DNA from: Alphaproteobacteria bacterium
Lineage (GTDB): Bacteria; Pseudomonadota; Alphaproteobacteria; UBA7985
Direction of reading: 5' to 3'
NCBI GenBank assembly: GCA_965229645.1
Contig: OZ245893.1
Location: forward strand, 1,465,383 to 1,529,382
DNA length: 64,000 nt
The notes under the pieces were generated by a model. The model did no database searches. It was not told the origin of the DNA and saw only the letters and a program-made list of their open reading frames with translations. The position numbers and the translations under genes were made by a program. Shown here piece after piece: positions 36,415 to 45,495 of the stretch; positions within the stretch are counted from its first letter, which is position 1, and each line of letters opens with the position of its first letter.

Positions 36415-36434
36415 TTGTTTACCACCCCTCAAAG

Positions 36435-36941
36435 TCAATAAATCTGATAAGCCAGATCGGAATTCTCAAAAATAAATCCAATCGAAGCACCACTAGCTGT
36501 TAAGTTCCCTGGTCCACCATACTTATAATGATCGGGCCAGTTCACCAGACCTCTATCATCCGAAACAATATTGATTGTATCTGTATTACTTAAGCCAAAT
36601 GCCTCTGGTTTTTTTACAATAATAGATATAGATGTATCGCCCAGCTGATTTCCAGATGCAAACCTGTTATGGTGTGCTTGAGTCATATCAAAACCTGGAT
36701 CGATAACACTTGACGAATTGGAATCACACCAATTCTTACGCCTAAGTTGATTATCACTATAATTTCCTGGCGACAAATCTTCCATGACTTCATACTAAGT
36801 CTACTGGGTTATTACAACTCTTGACCCACTAGTTGTCCGCATATCCAACCCGATCGGGATCTTCACCAAGCTAATTGCTGGGCCAGCATCTAAAACTAGC
36901 CTTGCATCTTCACGCATGAGACCAAAAGACCTACGCAGCAC
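36435..36941 (-). pseudogene. 168-codon cassette gene, copy 3 (two amber codons; 116-aa ORF intact from Met53)
   Basis: 507 nt with TAG at codons 47 and 49. Track ORF 36435-36785 is uninterrupted. Confidence 0.7.
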
Positions 36942-37000
36942 GGCTCACTCATCTCCCCTGAGTGGTTTGAAACCCATTTATTCATTAATTGGTAAGCGCC

Positions 37001-37357
37001 CTATCTGTTAGGGTCAATGGCATCTTTGTAACAAGAGACTTCAGCACAAGTCATGGCAATGTCTAAACCACTAGTTCGAATCCACAACCTAGCCCCTCCC
37101 GCACTAGGGAAGAGATCAATAAATTCATCTGAATTGTTTTTGAAGTGCTCCAATATCGCATCTTTCTCGGCCAGAGTATATGCGTTTATACCTGAAGCAT
37201 CTATTGGGCCACCCGCACCTGCAATTACTGACTGATCTACACCATTGTACAGCATCGTTGTGCCAGGCGGCCTACCAGAAAATGCACCATTTGCTATAGC
37301 TAACTCTAGGTCTTGTAGAGTATTTATTTGACTCCAATCTATAACGAAATTTTCCAA
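37001..37357 (-). CDS. Orphan paralogue of the giant-gene N-terminus (118 aa)
   Basis: TTG start with GGAGG 10 nt upstream. TTMLYNGV/NSMFYSGI, IDASGINAY/RDASGIYAN and DEFIDLF/AEYMDRA align with the reconstructed giant N-terminus. The 3' end runs into degenerate head box e (37025-37054). Confidence 0.55.
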   Translation of the reverse strand: MENFVIDWSQINTLQDLELAIANGAFSGRPPGTTMLYNGVDQSVIAGAGGPIDASGINAYTLAEKDAILEHFKNNSDEFIDLFPSAGGARLWIRTSGLDIAMTCAEVSCYKDAIDPNR

Positions 37358-37511
37358 TTTGATTACCCTCCCATCCCCAAGTAAGACTTGGCATCTTCAG
37401 TAAAAGCACTGCTCGCATCCATTTGCTTCTCATCTATCCCAAAACCAAATTCGCCAAATAAGTCGGGAATAAGATCACTCATTTCCAAAGTAACATCTGA
37501 GGGCGGAAGGC

Positions 37512-37991
37512 TTATCCGCTCGCCACGCCAATAGTCTGCCCAGCTAACGCCCTGAAAAAAACCGTTTTCGCTAAAGCCTTTCTTACCAACCGATTATTAG
37601 TTCTGACTTCTGCACCTACAGAGTTTTGGGAATAAACCTTCTGGTCATATATAGGCAGGGAGAAATAGCCAATCTTAAATCTGTCCTTCTCCAAAACTCC
37701 TGAAGCCTCGGGCGATGCAGGATGTGTAAACTTCGAATGAAAATCTAAAGTTGTAAAGCTCATCACATGTGAAAAATAGCGAAAAATAAAACTCAGAGGA
37801 CACTCTCCAAATATCGGAGATCTCATCTCAATAAAAACTTCATCCAAATTAGTTCGTATGGACATGACACTATCGAAATCTGCCCAATCTCCTTCAAGCC
37901 AATAAAAAAAACTCTCTCCATTCAAAGCTTCTAAAACGCGTCTGGGAAGTTCTCTGGAATACTCTATCTTTTTTACTGTTTTCTCTGTCAT
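37512..37991 (-). CDS. 159-aa hypothetical protein
   Basis: Track ORF with no TM and no recognisable domain. Preceded by a partial copy of the cassette upstream region. Confidence 0.5.
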   Translation of the reverse strand: MTEKTVKKIEYSRELPRRVLEALNGESFFYWLEGDWADFDSVMSIRTNLDEVFIEMRSPIFGECPLSFIFRYFSHVMSFTTLDFHSKFTHPASPEASGVLEKDRFKIGYFSLPIYDQKVYSQNSVGAEVRTNNRLVRKALAKTVFFRALAGQTIGVASG

Positions 37992-38149
37992 TTTGCAATC
38001 TCCGTTGCTCTACTTACCGTTAACGATACACGAAATCAATGCAAAATATTAGTTTTCCTAATTTTTTTTCTGCGCTCGACCAACTTTCGTGATTATGTAT
38101 CATGAAGGCTCTTAAGGTCGGGTGCCATAGGTTTTGATCCTGCCTTGCT

Positions 38150-38647
38150 CTAAGTTAAGAAGTGGTTTTCGTTGAGGCCGTGTCCCTTACTTAAAATACG
38201 GACTTGGAAGTCGCTGCCTTTGATCCATATCTCTGTCTCATCATTGGTCTCGGTGATGATCAGGTCGGCGAAGCTGACGCCCAGCTCTGATAGATCGATA
38301 CGATCTTCTGCGCTGTCGAAATCCCCAATAACGTCGATCCACTCAGCAATACTATCGTCAAGGGCATTAAACTTGAACGTATCTGCGCCCGCGCCACCGT
38401 AAAGAAGATCTGCGCCCGCGCCCCCAATCAGCAAATCGTTGCTGTCGCCGCCGAAGAGCTGGTCGGCGCCCAGGCCACCATAGAGCTCGTCCGCCCCTTG
38501 ATCACCATGGAGAATATCATTCTTGGTGCCGCCATTTAAGGTATCATTGCCCTCGCCACCACGAAGCAAGTCTTTGCCTGCATCGCCATGGAGAAGGTCA
38601 TCCTCTGCGCCGCCGTCCAGCATGTCTTCGCCGTGGCCACCTTTGAG
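38150..38647 (-). pseudogene. Orphan 3' fragment of the giant RTX gene (last 166 codons incl. T1SS domain)
   Basis: Near-identical to 18679-19176, with two aa differences seen. The 5' side is cut by IS1380. Confidence 0.85.
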
Positions 38648-40470
38648 CCTGCCTTATTCATGAAGATGGCAAATTTTGGAACGAGATCGGGTTTAGGCGG
38701 GGTTTTGAGGCAGGATGCGTTGGAGATTTTGAGCATCGAACGATTTGTTGAGGGCCCTGGGGGCACTACGGCGTAAATTTGGGAACAGGATCGAGTATCT
38801 GGGGTGTTTTTTGCTTCTTTGGCGCAGAGGTGATGGGTCGCCAGATCATCGAGGAGGGCGGCAAGGTTTTCAGGACAGTCTATTTTGCGCTCTGATTTTA
38901 TGGTGGTGGCCATGCCATGCGGTTGATGGCTGGCCATATCAGGCTCCAAAAGTGCTGTGCACTTTGGGCAACGATTAGGATTGCGCGGCGAGCATGGATG
39001 GTTATGCGGGCGCCGATTGAGAGCACGCGTTCACGATAGCGGCGCAAGCTCCAGCCAGTGCGCGTAGCGGTTTCCATACACCGTCGACCAGCGTGCATCA
39101 GACCATAAGCCAGCAGATTGAGTAACAGAAGGGCTTCGTTACGGGCGAAGGCCTCAGCCTCAGCCTTGGTCTCAACCTCAGCCTTGGTCTCAGCCTCAGC
39201 TTCGGGCTTGGATGGGGAGGACGGGGAGGAGCCTTTGGTGTCCTTCCTGGTCCGCACTGTCGATGACAGGGTCGGGCCCAGCACGTCCATCAACTCACCG
39301 AAGCTGTTTTCGGCTGCGCCACGTTTGCGGTAAAGCGCCAGCAGGTCCTGGGCAGGCATATGATCTTGTGTGAAGTTGGTGATCAGCCAGAAGCGATCCA
39401 GCAACAACTGGCCTGGCCGCTCGACGACAACCAGAACAACCCGCCGCGCCTTCGACCATGGCCCCGCCTGATAATCCATCTCGTGAAACTGCTCCCCGCC
39501 ATCTTCTGGTGGGCATCCTTCTGGACGATTCATATTTGGGGCCGCTAGTCGGTCTAGGACTGAGTTGCTGCCTAGCCGCGCCACGTAGGAGATGCCGCGC
39601 TCCTCAAGTCCGCCCAGCACCTTCTCACACGGAAAGCCCGCATCCATGCGCACCGTCGCTACCTGACACAGCTTCGTCTTCGCCCGATCAATCAGCTCCA
39701 GAATGAAGCTGAGCGCTCCGTCGGCGGTGTGGACACTGCCCTTGCGAAGCCGTGCGTCCAGCAAATCTCCAGTCTCGGCAATGCCAGCAATGATCGGGTG
39801 ATACATGCGTTGACGATAGTGCCCGTTCCAAGCTGAACCAGGCTGCTTGCCATGCACCTCGATGGGCAGACTGTCCACATCAAGGGTCAGATATCGAGGG
39901 CGGTGTCCCCGACGCTCGGCCCGCAGGCGACGGCCAGTCAGTTCCATCACGCTCTCGCGTAAGACCTGAAGGTTGGATTCGCTGGAGAGCAAATCAAGCA
40001 ACCGCGACAAGGTAGGTTGCGAGGGCAGATGGCGCTCTTGGTCCAGAGGCGTCGTGCTGCGCCTGCACGAAGTTGACAGCCGAAACGCCGGATCATAGCG
40101 TAGCGCATCAGCATCGTCTTGATCTCGCCAACCCTGACCCAAAAGCAGAACCCTCGTTCGCAAGAGTTCAGGCAAAGAGTAGATCACCTGGTGGGGACAG
40201 CGCGTATCCTCAAGCCGAGCCATCAGCCACGAGATGATACCTGAGCGCTCCATCAACTCGCGCTGCACAATGGCACCGCCGTCTCCGCTCAGATGCTCGG
40301 CCCGGCTCTCAACAGAAAGACTCCGGTTGAATGATGTTGTGAATAGAGGTAGTGTTTCACCCATGGCGTGGCTCGGTCCTGTTTATCGCGTCTATCGCTA
40401 AAGACTTGATTCTACAGTGTTTTCCGCGTCACGCCATACAAATCAACCGATCAGACGCGAATAAGAGGGG
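38648..40470 (-). mobile_element. IS1380-family insertion sequence
   Basis: 1823 bp. IRs cctgccttattc / cccctcttattc (rc). 5-bp duplication TTGAG at 38643-38647 and 40471-40475. High G+C, unlike its surroundings. Confidence 0.8.
38898..40364 (-). CDS. IS1380-family DDE transposase
   Basis: 488 aa. The overall pattern matches the IS1380/IS4-like group (VRMDAGF, RGAAENSFGELM). Confidence 0.8.
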   Translation of the reverse strand: MGETLPLFTTSFNRSLSVESRAEHLSGDGGAIVQRELMERSGIISWLMARLEDTRCPHQVIYSLPELLRTRVLLLGQGWRDQDDADALRYDPAFRLSTSCRRSTTPLDQERHLPSQPTLSRLLDLLSSESNLQVLRESVMELTGRRLRAERRGHRPRYLTLDVDSLPIEVHGKQPGSAWNGHYRQRMYHPIIAGIAETGDLLDARLRKGSVHTADGALSFILELIDRAKTKLCQVATVRMDAGFPCEKVLGGLEERGISYVARLGSNSVLDRLAAPNMNRPEGCPPEDGGEQFHEMDYQAGPWSKARRVVLVVVERPGQLLLDRFWLITNFTQDHMPAQDLLALYRKRGAAENSFGELMDVLGPTLSSTVRTRKDTKGSSPSSPSKPEAEAETKAEVETKAEAEAFARNEALLLLNLLAYGLMHAGRRCMETATRTGWSLRRYRERVLSIGARITIHARRAILIVAQSAQHFWSLIWPAINRMAWPPP

Positions 40471-40475
40471 TTGAG

Positions 40476-40660
40476 GGTATCTGCACCGTGCTGACCACAA
40501 ATCTGGTCGTTTCCCCGACCACCGCCAATGATGTCACCATTGGTGCCGCCATCAATATAGTCATCGCCAGCACCACCGTCGAGCAAATCGGTTCAAGGCC
40601 ACCTGGCGTCTGCATTAAACTATATTCAGCGCCTGTATCTAGAACATTAACTTGCGACAT
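40476..40660 (-). pseudogene. RTX-repeat fragment fused out of frame to the first 23 codons of a 71-aa-type gene
   Basis: 40476-40590 continues the orphan RTX fragment across the IS. At ~40590 it joins MSQVNVLDTGAEYSLMQTPGGLE (ATG 40660). Confidence 0.65.
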
Positions 40661-41106
40661 TATTCATCTCCTACAACAGATGTATTCAGCATAATTCTGG
40701 CCCTTATCTTAACAAGATTCTTAGGAATAAGGCCAATGTATGTCTTATAGGCTAAGGAGTCGACTCCCTGAAGCGCAGATATTGTATTGCCCAAGTTATT
40801 GACTTCAGAATAATAGTTTTGAAAATTTCCTGTCTCTCGTAAGCATTCCCAGGGGTATTCTTCGTCGTCTATAGGTTCCATGTCGTTTTGACGAAGATAA
40901 TTATCTCGCTCGGTTCCTTTTCTTGCACAATCTAAGATGTCTGGCTCATTGAGAGCCCAAAAGAAATAGGGTAGAACATCATCAATGTGCTTGGTAGTTT
41001 CTTCGCCACACCACACTCGAATTCTATATATTTCTTTATAGTGCGCTCGCCAATTTTTTGGCGGCTTAAAAGCACTTAAGCACTCTTCGTATGTATCAGG
41101 TAACAT
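40660..41106 (-). CDS. 148-aa immunity-like protein, copy 4
   Basis: Paralogue of 15087-15533. Follows the only intact 168-codon gene. Confidence 0.65.
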   Translation of the reverse strand: MLPDTYEECLSAFKPPKNWRAHYKEIYRIRVWCGEETTKHIDDVLPYFFWALNEPDILDCARKGTERDNYLRQNDMEPIDDEEYPWECLRETGNFQNYYSEVNNLGNTISALQGVDSLAYKTYIGLIPKNLVKIRARIMLNTSVVGDE

Positions 41107-41126
41107 TTGTTAACCACCCCTCAAAG

Positions 41127-41633
41127 TCAATAAATCTGATAAGCCAGATCGGAATTCTCAAAAACAAATCCAATCGAAGCGCCACCAGTTTGTAAATTTC
41201 CTGGTCCACCATACTTCTGATGAACGAGCCAGGTCACCAAACCTCTATCATTCGAAACAATATTGATTGTATCTGTATTACTTAAGCTAAATGCCTCTGG
41301 CTTTTTCACAACAATAGATATAGATGTATCGCCCAGTTGATTTCCAGATGCAAACCTGTTATGGTTTGCTTGAGTCATGTCGAAACCTGCGTCGATAAAA
41401 CTTGACGAATTGGGGTCATAACAATTCCTAAATCTAAGTTGATTCTCACTATAACTTCCCGAAACCGAATCCTCCATGACTTCACAGTAAATCTGCCAGA
41501 TGATTACACCTCCGGACCCACCAGATGTCAGTATATCCAACCCGCCAAGGGTTTTCACTAAGCTAAACGCCGCACCAGTATCCAAAACGAGTCCTGCTTC
41601 TTGGGGCTTGAGAACGATGGGCCAACGCAACAC
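41127..41633 (-). CDS. 168-aa cassette protein, only uninterrupted copy (candidate small toxin/effector)
   Basis: GTG 41633 with AGGAG upstream. The N-module is VLDTGAAFSLVKTLGGLDIL..GGVIIWQIYCEV. The C-part is ANHNRFASGNQLGDTS..GGPGNL..IGFVFENSDLAYQIY. No family I can name. Confidence 0.6.
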   Translation of the reverse strand: MLRWPIVLKPQEAGLVLDTGAAFSLVKTLGGLDILTSGGSGGVIIWQIYCEVMEDSVSGSYSENQLRFRNCYDPNSSSFIDAGFDMTQANHNRFASGNQLGDTSISIVVKKPEAFSLSNTDTINIVSNDRGLVTWLVHQKYGGPGNLQTGGASIGFVFENSDLAYQIY

Positions 41634-41715
41634 GGTTCACCCACTCCTCTGAGCGTCTTGAAACCTCTTCATTCACCAATTGCGTAAGATCCTAACTGGT
41701 GAAGTCAACGACATT

Positions 41716-41745
41716 TTTGTAACGGGAAACCTCAGCATAAGTCAA
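41716..41745 (-). promoter_or_regulatory. Cassette head box f (TTGACT-N18-TACAAA)
   Basis: rc = ttgacttatgctgaggtttcccgttacaaa, about 80 nt upstream of GTG 41633. Confidence 0.35.
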
Positions 41746-42100
41746 AGAATTGAGAACTGGTTATAAATGGAGGATCTGTTTCGGGCGCATAGCACCATAG
41801 ACCTACCTCATAGTTGGTTCATTTTTCTGACTTCCTTTGTGTTCGCTCAATTTTTTTTGGTTATGTATGTATCATACGAACTCTAAAAGTCCTCAGAAAG
41901 CAACTTCGATAGTTTTACTGCTTCCCTGGAATCAGATTATCTGTTTTTGAGTAACTTGTTTTAGAAAGAACCATGACATAACAAAGATATCTATAGTGAT
42001 AGTCAACTGCAGAAACCGCCAGTTACCCTTGTTTTGGGGATCTGACATATCAAGGTGCTTCGTGCGAGGCGCCGACAAAGAGATCGTAAAATCAACCACC

Positions 42101-42487
42101 TATACCAACGGTCATAAAAGTTGACACTTTAATGACCGTTTCATGTCTGGCGATAGAAGTGCTTCTTGTTTCGGTTTTTTGGGTGGCGGTGTCACCTCGC
42201 TCGCTATGCTCGCTCAGCCCGACCGCTGAACGGGGCCTTCGCTGATACCCCGAGGCGCTTTCTTAGCTTGTCTTGGGGCCACGCATTTGGAGCGCGGGCG
42301 TTCCCTGCGCCCTTCGGGCTTGGAGCCCAACTGTTTGGAGCGCGGGCGTTCCCTGCGCCCTTCGGGCTTGGAGCCCAACTGTTTGGAGCGCGGGCGTTCC
42401 CTGCGCCCTTCGGGCTTGGAGCCCGCTTGGGGGTCGCGGCCCTTGTGCCAGCGATCATACGCGCCCTTCTCAATCGCCGCTGGCATT
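42101..42487 (+). repeat. RE repeat, long variant, at the right island junction
   Basis: Head hairpin tataccaacggtcataaaagt-tgac-actttaatgaccgtt at 42101. Tail gccagcg...cgctggc ends at 42487. Contains the 48-bp tandem array. Confidence 0.75.
42286..42424 (+). repeat. 48-bp tandem repeat x2.9 inside RE
   Basis: The unit tttggagcgcgggcgttccctgcgcccttcgggcttggagcccaactg is repeated head to tail with no differences seen. Confidence 0.9.
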
Positions 42488-42663
42488 GAGCGAGCTTTGG
42501 TCTTGGGTCGCGCGGATAAGTTCGCAAACCGCTAGTCCTTTGCAATGAAGCGCCCTATAGCGGGGCCAAGTTGGATCGGCCCCACGGGCCATCCACACCA
42601 ACCATAAGGACTTAAAGCCATTCAACCACATCAATATAACCGCGAGTGGCCTTGAAGGAACCT

Positions 42664-43650
42664 ATGCGCGATACGCCTGTCCTCTCGCTCCTGGAGTATC
42701 TGGCCGATCCCATGGCCGAGGTTGATGCCCTGATCTTGCACCATATGCGGTCGGACGTTGCCTTGATCCCGCAGATCGGCAAGCACATTGTCGCTTCGGG
42801 TGGCAAGCGTGTGCGCCCGCTCCTGACTTTGGCGGCTGCACACCTGGGCGGGGCGACAGATCTGAGGGCTGCCTGCCAACTGGCGGCGGCGGTCGAGTTT
42901 ATTCATACCGCCACCTTGCTGCACGACGATGTCGTTGACGGGTCCAACCTGCGTCGCGGCGCCGCAACCGCCAACCAGGTCTGGGGCAACAAGGCGCCCG
43001 TGCTGGTCGGGGATTTTTTGTTTTCGCGCGCTTTTGAATTGATGGTTAGCGTCGATCGTCTCGATGTTTTGGGGGTCCTGTCTGCCGCCTCGGCCAAGAT
43101 CGCCGAGGGGGAAGTGCATCAACTCCGCACCACTCGGGACTTGGCCACCACGGTTGCCGACTACGAGGCGGTGATCGGCGCCAAGACCGCCGCCCTGTTT
43201 GCCGCCGCCACGCACGTCGGTGCGCTCGTGAGTGGTGCAGCCAAGGACGAGGTTGCAGCGCTTACGACCTACGGCACCAGCTTGGGCCTTGCTTTCCAGA
43301 TGGCCGACGATGCCCTCGACTACCAGGCCACGTCTGCCGACATGGGCAAGGAACCTGGCGACGACTTCCGCGAAGGCAAAGTCACCTTGCCCGTTATTTT
43401 GGCCTACGCGGCGGGCGACGCGGGCGAGCGGGCATTCTGGCACCGCACGATCCAGGATCTTAGGCAAGAGGACGGCGATCTCGATCAGGCCGTCGCTTTT
43501 TTGGACGCGCATGGTACCGTTCACGAAACCCTGCGCCAGGCCAGCGCCGCCGCCGACGCAGCCTTTGCGGCCCTAGACCGCTTTCCAGAAAGCCGTCTCA
43601 AGTCTCTGCTGATCGATTTGAGCCAGTTTGTCGTCCATCGACCTTATTGA
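42664..43650 (+). CDS. ispB: Octaprenyl-diphosphate (polyprenyl) synthase
   Basis: ATG 42664 with AAGGA upstream (track ORF starts at GTG 42646). Motifs LHDDVVD and DDALDY. Confidence 0.9.
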   Translation: MRDTPVLSLLEYLADPMAEVDALILHHMRSDVALIPQIGKHIVASGGKRVRPLLTLAAAHLGGATDLRAACQLAAAVEFIHTATLLHDDVVDGSNLRRGAATANQVWGNKAPVLVGDFLFSRAFELMVSVDRLDVLGVLSAASAKIAEGEVHQLRTTRDLATTVADYEAVIGAKTAALFAAATHVGALVSGAAKDEVAALTTYGTSLGLAFQMADDALDYQATSADMGKEPGDDFREGKVTLPVILAYAAGDAGERAFWHRTIQDLRQEDGDLDQAVAFLDAHGTVHETLRQASAAADAAFAALDRFPESRLKSLLIDLSQFVVHRPY

Positions 43651-43905
43651 GATTTCCCGTTGATTTTGCCGCCTTGACTTTGCCGCGCCGCTGCAGCAAG
43701 ATGGTCCCATGGCCAACGTGGGTTCCCTTATGCTTTGTGACGCGCCGCGCGCGTCCGCCCTTGGCCGTGTCTTTTTGCTCGACCTAGACCTAAGCCGCCC
43801 CTGACCGGGGAGCATGCCCTCACATGGGGGCATCGGGCAGGGGACTTCTAAACACAAGCGGTTTCAAGAGGGGCCTCTCGCCCCGCATTCTAAGGGTCTT
43901 ACACC

Positions 43906-45495
43906 ATGACAACACCATCTCAAGCCGACGCGGATCGCGTCCTCATCTTTGACACCACCTTGCGCGACGGCGAGCAGTCGCCAGGTTGCTCCATGAACTT
44001 GGAGGAAAAGCTCGCCCTTGCCGACCTGCTCGATTCCATGGGCGTTGACATAATTGAGGCGGGGTTTCCCATCGCCTCCAACGGCGACTTTGAGGCGGTC
44101 CAGGCCATTGCCAAACAAACCAAACACGCCACCGTGGCAGGGCTTTGCCGCGCGGCCGAAGGGGACATCGATCGCGCGTGGGAGGCCTTGCAGCACGCCG
44201 AACGTGGGCGCATCCATACCTTCATCTCCACCAGCCCTGTCCATATGAAGTACAAGCTGCGGATGGACCCCGACACGGTGCTGGAGCGGGTGCAGGCGTC
44301 CGTCGCCTATGCCCGTAATCTAACCGACGATGTCGAATGGTCGCCCGAGGACGGCACCCGAACCGACCCTGACTTCCTGTGTCGTACGGTCGAGGCAGCG
44401 GTGAAAGCAGGCGCCACCACCATTAACATCCCCGATACGGTCGGCTATTTGGTCGCCGATGAGTACGCGCAGCTGATCGCCATGCTGCTCGCGCGCGTTC
44501 CTGGCCTAGATGACTGTACCCTTTCGACCCACTGCCACAACGATTTGGGGCTTGCCGTCGCCAACTCCTTAGGCGGCGTTCATGCGGGCGCACGCCAAAT
44601 CGAATGCACCATCAACGGCATTGGCGAACGCGCAGGCAACGCCAGCCTAGAGGAGGTGGTCATGGCGCTGAAAACGCGCCGCGATCGCCTGCCCTTCACG
44701 ACCGGAATCGACAGCACAAAACTGGTGCGCGCCAGTCGCTTGCTGGCGTCGATCACTGGCTTTAGCGTGCAACCCAACAAGGCCATCGTCGGCGCCAACG
44801 CCTTCGCCCACGAATCGGGCATCCATCAAGACGGCATGTTGAAAAATGCCGAGACCTACGAAATCATGACGCCCGAGAGCGTCGGTTGGACTGAATCCAA
44901 TCTTGTCATGGGCAAGCATTCTGGACGCCACGCCTTCAAATCCAAGCTGGCGGAATTGGGCTACGACGATTTGGGGGACAACGCTTTTCAGGACGCCTTC
45001 ACCCGATTCAAGGACTTGGCCGATCACAAAAAGGAGGTGACCGACGACGACCTGATCGCCCTGGTCGATGACGCCGCCGTCCGGGTCAACGACCGGGTGC
45101 AATTCGAAGGCCTCAAAGTCCATTCCATCGAACACGGCACCGCCCAAATCGACCTGAGCGTCAGAATCGACGGGGAAGTCAAAACCCTAGCGCAAGCGGG
45201 ATCGGGGGCTGTGGACGCCATTTTCAAAGCGCTCAAGTCGATTTCGGGGTCGGAACCTGCCCTGAAAGTCTATCAAGTCGCAGCCGTTACGGGCGGAACC
45301 GACGCTCAAGCCAAGGTCACGGTTCGACTGGAAGAGGGTGGCAAGATCATCAACGGCCAAGGGGCTGACTACGATACGCTCGTCGCGTCTGCCCGCGCCT
45401 ATATCAACGCCCTGAACAAGTTATGGGTCAAATCCCAGCGCCATGCGCCAGGGGCGCAGGGACTACAAAATGAAGCCCGTCGCCAACCCTGCTAA
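43906..45495 (+). CDS. leuA: 2-isopropylmalate synthase
   Basis: 529 aa. IFDTTLRDGEQSPG, HCHNDLG, and a C-terminal LeuA regulatory domain. Confidence 0.95.
   Translation: MTTPSQADADRVLIFDTTLRDGEQSPGCSMNLEEKLALADLLDSMGVDIIEAGFPIASNGDFEAVQAIAKQTKHATVAGLCRAAEGDIDRAWEALQHAERGRIHTFISTSPVHMKYKLRMDPDTVLERVQASVAYARNLTDDVEWSPEDGTRTDPDFLCRTVEAAVKAGATTINIPDTVGYLVADEYAQLIAMLLARVPGLDDCTLSTHCHNDLGLAVANSLGGVHAGARQIECTINGIGERAGNASLEEVVMALKTRRDRLPFTTGIDSTKLVRASRLLASITGFSVQPNKAIVGANAFAHESGIHQDGMLKNAETYEIMTPESVGWTESNLVMGKHSGRHAFKSKLAELGYDDLGDNAFQDAFTRFKDLADHKKEVTDDDLIALVDDAAVRVNDRVQFEGLKVHSIEHGTAQIDLSVRIDGEVKTLAQAGSGAVDAIFKALKSISGSEPALKVYQVAAVTGGTDAQAKVTVRLEEGGKIINGQGADYDTLVASARAYINALNKLWVKSQRHAPGAQGLQNEARRQPC

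Noticed and set aside
42286-42424. Regular 48-bp repeats, considered as a possible CRISPR array.
   Set aside because: The units are directly adjacent with no spacers. They lie inside the RE element, and there are no cas genes in the window.
42166-42548. Overlapping ORFs on both strands (82-113 aa) with repeated PSGLEPNCLERGRSLR-type peptides.
   Set aside because: They are created by the RE repeat and its 48-bp tandem array. Equivalent Arg-rich ORFs appear at every RE copy in different frames.
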